Source: a virus | Length of the DNA stretch: 64,000 nucleotides | Reading direction: 5' to 3' (one strand) | IMG/VR virus record: IMGVR_UViG_3300008952_000005 | Location: 96,001 to 160,000 of that record | Part shown: one piece after another, positions 35,524 through 45,254 of the stretch | How the letters are laid out: each line of letters begins with the position of its first letter | Numbering within the stretch: the first letter of the stretch is position 1 | The notes under the pieces: model-generated | What the model was told of the DNA's origin: nothing | The model's input: the letters and a program-made list of their open reading frames with translations, nothing else | Database searches by the model: none | Program-made: the position numbers and the translations under genes

Positions 35524-38265
35524 CTAAAGTTTCTCAATCATCTTAGCGACTACTTCGTTTAGTTTCGCTTTCCACTCTTCTTTATAACGTTGTTTATATT
35601 TATCTATTGTTGAATCTTGGTTTGACCATTCTTTTACTTCCTTTGTAGTTAACTTATCTTCACCAACTTTAGCATCCGTTGCCTTACCTGGGCGTGATAT
35701 GTATGTATCAGTAGGTTTTCCTCGGTCTTTTGAGTCAACAGGAGGTGCATCCTCTTTTTCTCCAGGTGTCATCTGTTTACAATGATTAGCATAATCAGCA
35801 CCTATTTCATAACTATCTCTAATTGCTGTGTAAGGTTTAGGTACTGGTATCGTTTCAACTGCTTCAAATCCATAATCAATGTCTAGGTTGTATTCTCTTA
35901 ACAATGGTTCTTTATCAGCAGCAACTGGTATACAATCCCATATCCAGCATTTGTGTAAATTATTATTTGTATCTTCTAGTACAACATAATTCGTACCTCT
36001 TCGTACTACTTTACCTTGTTTATCTTCTTTAAGATATTTAACTTGGTCTCCAATATTGAATATCATCTCCCTAACGTATAGGTCTCTAACTTGTTTCTGT
36101 TCAAACTGTCCTAATGTCATAATAGGTTTTGAAGTATCTGGTTTATAGTCTTCTCTTATACCCATACCTTTTCTTACTGCTTTAAACAGTCCATCAACAT
36201 CTCTAAAATGAGATGGTAGTCCTCTCTTAAATGACGCTACATCACCTTTTTGAGCAGCATCCCTCATCTTGCTCGCACTCATACCTGAAGCACCCTCAGC
36301 GTCTGGATCACGCTCTCCAGCAGATATAACATCTATTGTTTTAAAGTTATAATATCCGTGTCTATTTTTCTGGTCGTTATATTTTTTAAGTATCGTTTCA
36401 AATTCTCTTACTCTATCACTACCTACTACAAATTTAAGAACATTATGCCCTTTGTTATATAACATAGTAGCAATATCTAATATCATATTTGTTGTATTAA
36501 TTTCAATGTTTCTAGCATATTGTGGAAATATCTTTTTCATCCAAGATAATTTCTCTCTAGGAGATAATGGATTCTTTTTACTATCTTCTGACCTACTGAT
36601 ATAGATTTTATAATTTCTATCTGCTCTTACAACTTTATTAATAAGTTTTTCGTGACCTATTGTTGGAGGATTAAATCTTCCAAATGTAATTGCAATAGAT
36701 TTTTCTCCTACTGCTTCTGATTTTAAACTTTTTATTTCTGCGTCTGTTACCTTTTCATCTTCTAATATTTTTTTACATTTGTAAAAGAATTTTGTGTAAT
36801 GAAATTTCTCCAAATACTTATAGACAACATTTTTAGGTAACTTATGAGCGATACCATATTTTTTAATCTCTTCTGGTGTCAAAGGTCTATTAAATAAATC
36901 TCTTCTTGCCTGCATAAGGTTATCACCCATTTCGGACATCTTCTTTATAGCATCCTCTATCTCTTCTAATTTCTCAGCAGTTTTTATATGTAAATCTAAT
37001 ATATCATTTGGTTTTAATTCTTTTAACTCTTCATAGTCAACTATATCTCTTTGTAATTCTCCTTTAACTACATCTAGTTCTGCCACTTTCTTTTGAAATT
37101 CTGCCTCATATACTTTAGGATCAAACGTTTGTTCTTTAGGTCTCTTATCAAATTTCTGTTTGAATACATCATAAACTCCTGTAGCAGTTTCAAGATGAGC
37201 GTCATTTACTTTAGGGTCTGTTTGAACATAATAATTAATCGGGTGTTGCGTACCTGGTACTAACTTACCACTAACTTCTCCTACAGATTGTCTTGCTTCT
37301 AAACCAACTGTTTCTCTATCTTTTTCTGGTATGTCTATCAATACATCAATATCTAAATCTGCGTCATTTCTATATCTCTTTCCAAGAATAGAACCTATTA
37401 ATTTTACTGACACAACAGGACCCCATTTTGAAAAATGTTTTGCACCTGCTTTAATCATATCTAAAACTTTTGGTTTTAATTTTGGATTTTCTGTTTCTGC
37501 GTCATCAAATACACCAACAGCATATCTACTTCTAGGTACATCTATAATACTTTCTCCCATTACCAATCTTCTACCAACACTAAACATTGTATTCTTAAAC
37601 ATTTGTTCTCTTGACATCCAATTTTTTGCAATATGACTTTTAACTGGTGCTCTCATATATCGTCTAACTAATCTGTCACAACCTGCTAATGTTTGTGACA
37701 CTAATTCTTTATCTGACCTATTATTATCTACTATAATAAAATTTGATTGACCAAATAATCTTTGAAATTTACCTATATTAGATTGCACTTTCTCCCAAGA
37801 TGTTTGTACAACATACTCTGGTATTTGCCTACTTCTTATTTTATTTCTTTCTAACGCAACAGGTAATGTTGTGTTAACAAATATCATATAACAATCATAA
37901 CCTAATGCGTGTAGCATATTATATTCGGAATTTATTCTTGCATAATCTCTTCCAGTTGCGTCAATAACTAAACCTAATCTGCCTCCTACATATTGGTGTA
38001 ACTGTTTCATCATTGTACCTTTTGCTCTGGCTCTTATAAGGTCTCTAAAATATTTTTCTTGGTCAGGCATTTTGTCTGAAAGTCCTGCCTGTTTCAATGC
38101 TCTTTCAAATATTGTATCTGAATTAACAAACTTTAATCCAGTTCCAGCAAATGCGGAAGAAGCGATAAAGGTTTTTCCTGAACCTGGTCCACCCGCCATA
38201 AAAAAGGCTTTAAATATACCTGGATCGTATACACCTTCTTGTAATAAAAATTCTTTAAACTTCAT
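35524..38265 (-). CDS. fusion of P-loop kinase, Pol-beta-type nucleotidyltransferase and HxGH cytidylyltransferase-like domain
   Basis: GGPGSGKT plus VIDAT; IGSI..RYRNDADLDID; FGRFNPPTIGHEKL, GSDR, SASKMR; C-terminal KOW/SH3-like region. Confidence 0.8.
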   Translation of the reverse strand: MKFKEFLLQEGVYDPGIFKAFFMAGGPGSGKTFIASSAFAGTGLKFVNSDTIFERALKQAGLSDKMPDQEKYFRDLIRARAKGTMMKQLHQYVGGRLGLVIDATGRDYARINSEYNMLHALGYDCYMIFVNTTLPVALERNKIRSRQIPEYVVQTSWEKVQSNIGKFQRLFGQSNFIIVDNNRSDKELVSQTLAGCDRLVRRYMRAPVKSHIAKNWMSREQMFKNTMFSVGRRLVMGESIIDVPRSRYAVGVFDDAETENPKLKPKVLDMIKAGAKHFSKWGPVVSVKLIGSILGKRYRNDADLDIDVLIDIPEKDRETVGLEARQSVGEVSGKLVPGTQHPINYYVQTDPKVNDAHLETATGVYDVFKQKFDKRPKEQTFDPKVYEAEFQKKVAELDVVKGELQRDIVDYEELKELKPNDILDLHIKTAEKLEEIEDAIKKMSEMGDNLMQARRDLFNRPLTPEEIKKYGIAHKLPKNVVYKYLEKFHYTKFFYKCKKILEDEKVTDAEIKSLKSEAVGEKSIAITFGRFNPPTIGHEKLINKVVRADRNYKIYISRSEDSKKNPLSPREKLSWMKKIFPQYARNIEINTTNMILDIATMLYNKGHNVLKFVVGSDRVREFETILKKYNDQKNRHGYYNFKTIDVISAGERDPDAEGASGMSASKMRDAAQKGDVASFKRGLPSHFRDVDGLFKAVRKGMGIREDYKPDTSKPIMTLGQFEQKQVRDLYVREMIFNIGDQVKYLKEDKQGKVVRRGTNYVVLEDTNNNLHKCWIWDCIPVAADKEPLLREYNLDIDYGFEAVETIPVPKPYTAIRDSYEIGADYANHCKQMTPGEKEDAPPVDSKDRGKPTDTYISRPGKATDAKVGEDKLTTKEVKEWSNQDSTIDKYKQRYKEEWKAKLNEVVAKMIEKL

Positions 38266-39480
38266 TTATTTCCATCCTTTTGGCAACGTAAAGTTTGCCC
38301 TACTAAATTCTAATCTATCTACTATTTTTACTGCACCTGCTACTCTATCTACTGCAACATATCCTTCAGGTGCTGTTACTCTATATCCTGTTCCAGTTTT
38401 AATGTAGTGTCCTATCTGTTGAATTTGATTCATCTTTTGTATCAATGTGTTCTTCGCATTACCTAAAGTTACGTGACTTGCTATCGCCATATATAAACCT
38501 GATTTATTTTGATTAATAAATCTTAATCCATCTGCTAATATATCTCTATATTTTTGTTTTGCTTTTTCAGTTTTTCTTTGGTCTATTTCTGTCTTCAAAA
38601 TGTTCTCATAATAATCTCTAAACATATCTTGCAAGACTCTAACCTTTGCCATACTGCCTTTATTATTTCTAATGTAATGATTGAAAAATGCTTTTAATCT
38701 AAACCCTACAGATAAAGGGTCACTAGCACGACTAGTCATTTCATCTAATATCTTACTTGCTTTACCTAAAGAACCTTCTGCCATTCTTAATTGAGCATCA
38801 AATTTTCCTAGTTCTGATTTAGTAAAAGTAATAGAACCAGAGTCATCCTTATATTCAGCACTCGCAACCCACACTCTTGAATTACCTGACCCTCTAACAT
38901 TACCAAAACTTGCACTTAAACTTTTCATATCTTTACCAGTATACATTGTATGAAATACAATACCCATTTTAGCACGAGCAATTTTCTTACCTATATTGCT
39001 ATTTGATTGTACTGCATATGTGATTGTATTTGGTGTAAAGGTTATCATTTTTTCACCATCAATTGAAGCTGATTTTTTATCGTTAGTAAATAATAAATCA
39101 CCTTGTAAAATTTGTTTAATGTTTAAACTAGATAAATGATTAAGACATACTGATAATTTTTGAGCGACAGGACCAGAATGGTTCCGTCTTATGTCTGCTG
39201 TTGTGTAATTGATTTTGGGAGTTTTGTTGAATATAGATTTAGTACCAACAAAGAATTGACCGTTTTCAGGATTGACACCACATATAATAGCAGGTGCCCC
39301 ATCCCATTTAACAGTAGTATTGATTTTTGCTCCCGAGTGACCTGCGAGCATATCTCTTACTGATTTTAGAAAGTTAATTGCGTTAACTCCACCAGCCGAA
39401 CCTCTATTGATTATATCATCTTCTAGGTGTTCTAGGTGTGTGTTCTTGTCGTTTGTGGTAAAACCTTTAAAACTAAACAT
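38266..39480 (-). CDS. conserved T4-like protein (DUF6267-like) with ATP-dependent ligase-type motifs
   Basis: HLEHLED, TVKWDGAPA (KxDG), QGDLLF, PEGYVAV, AVKIVDR. Confidence 0.65.
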   Translation of the reverse strand: MFSFKGFTTNDKNTHLEHLEDDIINRGSAGGVNAINFLKSVRDMLAGHSGAKINTTVKWDGAPAIICGVNPENGQFFVGTKSIFNKTPKINYTTADIRRNHSGPVAQKLSVCLNHLSSLNIKQILQGDLLFTNDKKSASIDGEKMITFTPNTITYAVQSNSNIGKKIARAKMGIVFHTMYTGKDMKSLSASFGNVRGSGNSRVWVASAEYKDDSGSITFTKSELGKFDAQLRMAEGSLGKASKILDEMTSRASDPLSVGFRLKAFFNHYIRNNKGSMAKVRVLQDMFRDYYENILKTEIDQRKTEKAKQKYRDILADGLRFINQNKSGLYMAIASHVTLGNAKNTLIQKMNQIQQIGHYIKTGTGYRVTAPEGYVAVDRVAGAVKIVDRLEFSRANFTLPKGWK

Positions 39481-39544
39481 TATTCCTCATTTATTCCATT
39501 AGTATAATCTATATTCACATATCCATTAACAAATCATATACTAC

Positions 39545-39552
39545 TATTTATA
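39545..39552 (-). promoter_or_regulatory. T4-type late promoter
   Basis: TATAAATA upstream of 38266..39480. Confidence 0.7.
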
Positions 39553-39625
39553 CTATTTTACTACGTGAAAAAGATTGATTACGATTTCACTAGATTGTCC
39601 CCTCCAAAACTGATAGTATATACAT

Positions 39626-39826
39626 ATGAAAACACACGAAAAAGACTTTGAGATTCTACAAGATGAAATTCAAAAAGTTTTAGATAAAGCTGAAATAAAA
39701 ATGAATACTCTTATAGATGATTATAGTACAAAGTATGAAGATGAAGATGACGCTGTACAAATTCAAACTTATGATTTAAGTTCTTTGTTCAGACAGTTAT
39801 CTGACTTTGTTGAAGACCATATATAA
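39626..39826 (+). CDS. small acidic protein on opposite strand
   Basis: 66 aa, 18 D/E; TG-A-TAGTAT 6 nt before ATG; codon usage like neighbours. Confidence 0.6.
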   Translation: MKTHEKDFEILQDEIQKVLDKAEIKMNTLIDDYSTKYEDEDDAVQIQTYDLSSLFRQLSDFVEDHI

Positions 39827-40999
39827 TTAATATATCTTTATAAAAGGTCCGTTTGTGTCTGAAAACTCTTTCTTTGAACCGTAGTATAGGACACTTAACC
39901 ATTCATCAAATTTTTTCCTTTGACTTATGATTTGGTACTGTTGAATATGTTTTAACGTAACTAATTTTGAGAATAATCTACCTAAAACATTTCTATCTTT
40001 TTTTATATTTGTTGGTTCTAAACAATATTCTATAACCTTTTTAAAGGTAACATTTTTACTACCTAATTCTATAGGAGCATCCCAATTAACCTTTTCATTT
40101 TCAATTTTAATATCTTTAATTTTTTTATATAAATTATCCCAAAATTTTATTTGACTGTCTGAAAATTTACCATCAGTTGCAATGTTGGCATCCTGTGTAG
40201 GTGATTCTGGTCTTGCTAAACCTAGTGTCTTTAAAAATTCATCAATAGCAGCTGAAGCTACTTTACCTAATTTAGCTCCACTTTTTCTACCTAGTGGTGT
40301 TAAATCTGTTTGAATAACTGTACTAGGTTTACTATATCTAAAACTTCTTACTTGTACTTTAACTATCTCATCATCTATTTGCGTTTTAAAAGTAAATTCT
40401 CCAGTATCAAAAAGAGGTGGTTTTGTAACATCTAAATCACAAAATAATGTGCCAGGAATTATTTTAATATCAACACCTTTTGATCCAGCTGTTAAATTAG
40501 ACTCTTCTATTGACGCTTGGTTTATACCTCTTTTTATTTCTTTTAATGAAACTGGTATCATACTCTTATTCTTTAAAAGAGTTTTCATATAAAGGTTTAA
40601 CTTTATTAATTTATCTTGTGGTATAAGACCAGGAGTTTTAGCAATTTTTTCTATTTTTTCTTTTATTTTTTTCTCATTTGCTTTTTTTACTAAAAGAATA
40701 TCCATAGGATTCCAAGAATTTTGTTTGGAAGGTCCTCTAACATCCATATATCTACCAACAATACCCATTAACCAAGGCAGTATACCATTATCTCTACTAT
40801 AATTATAATTTTTATTGCCTCTTAAATATCTTTTTAAAGCGTCTGCTTGAAGTTTGTAAGTATCAACCCACTTTGCTGGTACATCTGGATATACTTTTTC
40901 TATAATAGAAGTTGTAGGAAATTTACCAGTTTCTATTACAGATTCAATTACAATCCTTGAACCGTTTTCTTGTTTCTTTGTTTCTATTTCTCCTGCCAT
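39827..40999 (-). CDS. putative restriction-endonuclease-fold protein
   Basis: WNPMDILLV...PVSLK resembles a PD-(D/E)xK variant. Confidence 0.45.
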   Translation of the reverse strand: MAGEIETKKQENGSRIVIESVIETGKFPTTSIIEKVYPDVPAKWVDTYKLQADALKRYLRGNKNYNYSRDNGILPWLMGIVGRYMDVRGPSKQNSWNPMDILLVKKANEKKIKEKIEKIAKTPGLIPQDKLIKLNLYMKTLLKNKSMIPVSLKEIKRGINQASIEESNLTAGSKGVDIKIIPGTLFCDLDVTKPPLFDTGEFTFKTQIDDEIVKVQVRSFRYSKPSTVIQTDLTPLGRKSGAKLGKVASAAIDEFLKTLGLARPESPTQDANIATDGKFSDSQIKFWDNLYKKIKDIKIENEKVNWDAPIELGSKNVTFKKVIEYCLEPTNIKKDRNVLGRLFSKLVTLKHIQQYQIISQRKKFDEWLSVLYYGSKKEFSDTNGPFIKIY

Positions 41000-41014
41000 A
41001 TTCTCTCCTATGAC

Positions 41015-41022
41015 TATTTATA
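41015..41022 (-). promoter_or_regulatory. T4-type late promoter
   Basis: TATAAATA, then GGAG SD and ATG at 40999. Confidence 0.7.
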
Positions 41023-41028
41023 TTGGAA

Positions 41029-41286
41029 TTATTTAGATTGGAAACACAGGTGCTTGACTATACCACCGTTCTCTTGCCAGACTTTATTCTTATTTTGGAA
41101 CTTCGCTAACTTATCAGCGTCTTCTTCAAAAAAGAATTCTGATACAATAGAACCAGTTGGTTTCTCTATGACGTGCCATACAATTTTTCTACCTCTCTTA
41201 ACTAATTTCTTTTCGTAAGAAAGTTTATAATTATACTTTGCTGGTCTCTTATCGCCTCTACTGAACCTTACTTTTTGTTTTTTCAT
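41029..41286 (-). CDS. hypothetical basic protein
   Basis: coupled ORF. Confidence 0.6.
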   Translation of the reverse strand: MKKQKVRFSRGDKRPAKYNYKLSYEKKLVKRGRKIVWHVIEKPTGSIVSEFFFEEDADKLAKFQNKNKVWQENGGIVKHLCFQSK

Positions 41287-41921
41287 ATACTTTCCAAATA
41301 ATAATAATTACATCCTTCACCGTGCATACCATAAACAGGATCATATTTTTTATGTTTAACATTAAAATAATCTTTAATGTGATTAGTAAATACAGACTCA
41401 CTATATCCAAACACAGGCATAGTATCTCCATTTACAAAAAAAATAAGGTGAGGTTTATTATCCTCCTTATTGAAAACTCTAATAAACATTTTTCCTGAAG
41501 GTTTTAATATTCTATGATACTCTTTTATAATGGATAGAATATCTTGTGGATAGTTCACGTGTAAAGCACCAGCGTCAATAAGAAAATCAAAACTATTGTC
41601 TTCAATCTCATCTAATTTTCTTATATCTCCAACAAGAAATTTTCCTTTTGGTAAACGCTTTTGAGTTCTTTCTATAACCGTTTGTGAAAAATCTACACCT
41701 GTTACCTCAAACCCCTCGGCTATAAGCCATTCAGAATTTCTACCATCTGCACATCCACAATCCAAAACCTTTAAATTTTTTTCAAAATTATAATACTTTA
41801 TAAAATCAACCACGTGGTCATCTTGTTGCTTTCGCTCCATACTAGGATTTTTATAATCCCAAGGTCCACCAGTTGGGTGATGTTTAAAAAATTCATCCCA
41901 TTCTTCAACTAAATTTTTCAT
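41283..41921 (-). CDS. class I SAM-dependent methyltransferase
   Basis: VLDCGCADGRNS, GVDFS, FDFLID, RILKPSG. Confidence 0.88.
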   Translation of the reverse strand: MKNLVEEWDEFFKHHPTGGPWDYKNPSMERKQQDDHVVDFIKYYNFEKNLKVLDCGCADGRNSEWLIAEGFEVTGVDFSQTVIERTQKRLPKGKFLVGDIRKLDEIEDNSFDFLIDAGALHVNYPQDILSIIKEYHRILKPSGKMFIRVFNKEDNKPHLIFFVNGDTMPVFGYSESVFTNHIKDYFNVKHKKYDPVYGMHGEGCNYYYLESI

Positions 41922-42106
41922 ATCATCTTACTACTATCTATTAATTGTGGTTCTTGTTTTTTCTTCACTACTTTTTTTACTACCTTCTTTTCTTTTTTCT
42001 TTTTCTTTCCACCAAAGATTCTATCGTATTCCTTTTTATATTTTGGAGTATTTCCTCTCCAAGCACCATCAAATACTTTTCCTTTAACGCCTACTTTCAT
42101 TCCCAT
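41918..42106 (-). CDS. small basic hypothetical protein
   Basis: coupled ORF; YKKEYDRIFG. Confidence 0.55.
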   Translation of the reverse strand: MGMKVGVKGKVFDGAWRGNTPKYKKEYDRIFGGKKKKKEKKVVKKVVKKKQEPQLIDSSKMI

Positions 42107-42107
42107 A

Positions 42108-42626
42108 TTACTTCCAATACGTGTTAAAACTTAATACAATCCTTTCTTTACTTTTATTAATACTATCTCCTGAACCGTGCATTAAATAACTCGGAAACAT
42201 TACCATCATTCCTTTTGTAGGTGTTATTTGATAAGTTTCTTTTGTAAGAGAAGTAGGGTTTTGAAACACTAACTTGCTACTATTTTCATCTACTTTTAAA
42301 AATATAACACCAGAGCAAATTGAATTAGGATGACTATGATAGTTTAGTGTACTATCTTCACCTTGTATATTACACCAAGAGTCTTGCATTCTTTGATTGG
42401 GTATATAAACTTCGTTCATAATTTTATCTTCTATATCTTTATGATAGTCTAAAATATAAGCGTTGCCTCCCATATTAACATATGTTGTTTTAGCATTGCC
42501 TTTAAAGTAATCATACTGCCCTAAATCTTCTTTATTAATGCTATTAATTAATTTATCTATTTCTGTATCATTTAGAAAATTATATTTCTCATATATATCT
42601 ATTGTAAAAAGTGTTTTCTTATTCAT
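42108..42626 (-). CDS. 2OG-Fe(II) oxygenase (phage family)
   Basis: HSHPNSICSGVIFL, FPSYLMHG, RIVLSFN. Confidence 0.85.
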   Translation of the reverse strand: MNKKTLFTIDIYEKYNFLNDTEIDKLINSINKEDLGQYDYFKGNAKTTYVNMGGNAYILDYHKDIEDKIMNEVYIPNQRMQDSWCNIQGEDSTLNYHSHPNSICSGVIFLKVDENSSKLVFQNPTSLTKETYQITPTKGMMVMFPSYLMHGSGDSINKSKERIVLSFNTYWK

Positions 42627-43188
42627 TGTATATCTTGTTTAATTGTCCCATTATCAAATCATCATATAATCCATAACCCCAATCGTCCTTACTTAAACCA
42701 AGTGTAGAAACAGGACGAAACATTATACCAAAACAAGTCATACAAGGGCATCCAGAAATTCTATCAATTTTTTCTTTTACTTTTTCTTTATCTTTAAATA
42801 AATCTAATATTTTATTTACAATTGTTTTACTCATTTTATTGTTTTTAAAATATTCTTCTCTATCGTTTTTCGCCAACATATCTTGTTTTATACAATAATT
42901 TTGCCACTCAATCTTTGTCATTTTAGTTTTTAATATCTTTGTTCTTAATGCACTTTGCCAAGGATCAGGAAGACCTAATATTGCTTTCTCATTAAGATAA
43001 TTATTCTCATCTAATAAACCTAAATTTTTATAATGTCTTATTTCTTTTTGTTGTTCTTTTTGCCACACCTTATTCTCTTTCGCCATAACTTCTAAAGCGT
43101 CAACTGGAGTTTTTCTTATTTCTTTTTTCCAACCTATTGATTCTGGTTTCTTTAATTGTGATGGACTTTTTCTATCGTTTCTAATCAT
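42619..43188 (-). CDS. hypothetical protein
   Basis: coupled ORF; C-terminal CPCMTC. Confidence 0.55.
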   Translation of the reverse strand: MIRNDRKSPSQLKKPESIGWKKEIRKTPVDALEVMAKENKVWQKEQQKEIRHYKNLGLLDENNYLNEKAILGLPDPWQSALRTKILKTKMTKIEWQNYCIKQDMLAKNDREEYFKNNKMSKTIVNKILDLFKDKEKVKEKIDRISGCPCMTCFGIMFRPVSTLGLSKDDWGYGLYDDLIMGQLNKIYNE

Positions 43189-43571
43189 TATACTTTAAAA
43201 CTCCTTACGCCTTTTAGTCTTTGTTGTAAAAAATTTATAAATTTCCATCGGTTCTCAACTAATTTACCATATCTTTTATAATGACACAAAATACCTTTGA
43301 TTCTTTTACCAGCTTCCGCCTTTTTTAAATGAGCAATTAAATGTCTTTTGCTAAATCTATCTGTAATTTTTATTACTTTAACTTTTTTAACTACCTCTTT
43401 TTTAACTTCTTCTTTTTTAACTTCTTCATTTTTAAATAATATTCTATCAGCTTTTTTGTCTATTTGATTTAATCCTGTTTCATATATTCTTAAATCTCTA
43501 TCTTTTTTTAAACCAGGACCTCTAATAAATTTTCTATTACCAGTTTGTTGATGGTCTATTATTTTTACCAT
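43188..43571 (-). CDS. hypothetical basic protein
   Basis: TAATG-coupled to gp41. Confidence 0.55.
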   Translation of the reverse strand: MVKIIDHQQTGNRKFIRGPGLKKDRDLRIYETGLNQIDKKADRILFKNEEVKKEEVKKEVVKKVKVIKITDRFSKRHLIAHLKKAEAGKRIKGILCHYKRYGKLVENRWKFINFLQQRLKGVRSFKV

Positions 43572-44956
43572 TATACTTTAAAGTCTGAAAATTTATCGTA
43601 CGGATCCACTTCAACTTTTTTCTCCTGGTTGGCGTCTACTATGTTTTGTGCTGTTTGACCTACATCATACAATCTCATTTTAGCTCTATCAACCCCTATA
43701 ATAAATGACCTATTAATTCCTGGGTCATTATATCTATTCTTCAATTGTTTAATCTTTAACTGACCTAATGCGTCTAAATCATCATTGGATATTATTGCAA
43801 ACATAAAGTCTGCTGTTGCTGGCAATCCAAAACTTTCTGCTGTATCTTCTAGTCCTATGTCTGTACTCATAAATCCAGTTCTTGTTGTTTGTGTAGCAGA
43901 AAACAAAGGTACATTAAATTCTACTGCAAGTCCTCTTAACTCTTCAGCGATTGCCTTGATATAAAAATAAGAACCTATATTGCCACCTTTAAATCTACTT
44001 GACGCACATATATTTAAATAATCTATGAACACTACATCTGCTTTAAAACTTTTCTTTAATGCAAGTTCATTAAACAATGCTCTAAAATGTCCTGCGTGAG
44101 CAGCGGCAGTTGGATATTCTTTAATAATTAATTTACCACCAGTCTTCTTTCTTATCTTATCTATGTTATTATCATATAAATCTTTTGGCATTGTATGTAA
44201 ATCGTCCATAGTTACATCTAATAAGTTTGCGTCAATTCTTTCAGCAATTCTTTCTTCTGCCATTTCTAAAGTGATATACAATACATTTAAACCTTGTGCC
44301 AAATAAGCACTTGCACAATGACACATAAACAAAGACTTACCTACACCTGTACCTGCCAATGCAATATTCAAAGTCTTACTTGGAACACCACCCTTGGTTG
44401 CTCTATTCATATAATCTAAATCAAATTGATATTTTGTTTCTTTAGTATGATACCATTTAAATCTTCTATCAGCGTCATCTATATAATCGTGACCAATATG
44501 TTGGTCAAATGATACTGCTAATGCGTCTGCTAGTATACTAGGTATTGCTTCTGGTGTTCTTTTAGTATCTTTCTTATCTAATATTCTAATGCCATCTAAT
44601 ACAGCATTATGTACTGCTCTATCTTTACAAAACTTTTCAGTTACATCTAACAACCATTTTGGATCGGAATCTAATTTAGTTATAGAATTAATATTATCTT
44701 TTAATGTATTAATTTCATCTTCATTAATATCTTTTCTTTGTCCTAATTCAATTGAAATGGATTCTTTTGTTGGAAGATTATTATATTTCTGAACAAACTT
44801 ATATATTTCTGTAAATAAAATCTTATCAGTTCTTAATGGAAAATAATCTTCTTTTAAAAACGGCAATACTTTTCTAGCATACTCTTCTTGAAAGAAAAGA
44901 TTATTTAATATAGTTGTTTCTAGTCTATCTGAATTATGAAATGACTGCTGTACCAT
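43571..44956 (-). CDS. gp41: T4-like replicative helicase
   Basis: ALAGTGVGKSL, TLEMAEERIAERIDAN, IKEYPT, IDYLNI, SATQTTR, KQLKNRY. Confidence 0.95.
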   Translation of the reverse strand: MVQQSFHNSDRLETTILNNLFFQEEYARKVLPFLKEDYFPLRTDKILFTEIYKFVQKYNNLPTKESISIELGQRKDINEDEINTLKDNINSITKLDSDPKWLLDVTEKFCKDRAVHNAVLDGIRILDKKDTKRTPEAIPSILADALAVSFDQHIGHDYIDDADRRFKWYHTKETKYQFDLDYMNRATKGGVPSKTLNIALAGTGVGKSLFMCHCASAYLAQGLNVLYITLEMAEERIAERIDANLLDVTMDDLHTMPKDLYDNNIDKIRKKTGGKLIIKEYPTAAAHAGHFRALFNELALKKSFKADVVFIDYLNICASSRFKGGNIGSYFYIKAIAEELRGLAVEFNVPLFSATQTTRTGFMSTDIGLEDTAESFGLPATADFMFAIISNDDLDALGQLKIKQLKNRYNDPGINRSFIIGVDRAKMRLYDVGQTAQNIVDANQEKKVEVDPYDKFSDFKV

Positions 44957-45254
44957 CTTTTAATTGTTGCTCCAATATTTCTATTAATATATCACCAATG
45001 TAATTAAGAAAATCTACGTTCTCATTTAAATCAAGATTATTTGGATTCTGTTTGATTGTATAATCAAATTTCATTGGTAATGTGCCATCTTTATTTTCTT
45101 CTTTTGCAAATCCAACTTTGCCATAATGATATACGACATCTTTATACTTACCTTCGGTAAGTTTAATACAAGAAAAATCATCACCTTCTCTTTGAGCAAA
45201 GGTGTATTTCTTATTCTTCTGATCCGTATGTAAATTTTTGTCTTGCGTGTTCAT
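44934..45254 (-). CDS. hypothetical protein in the gp40-syntenic position
   Basis: lies between uvsX and gp41, as T4 gp40 does; sequence similarity not verified. Confidence 0.55.
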   Translation of the reverse strand: MNTQDKNLHTDQKNKKYTFAQREGDDFSCIKLTEGKYKDVVYHYGKVGFAKEENKDGTLPMKFDYTIKQNPNNLDLNENVDFLNYIGDILIEILEQQLKDGTAVIS

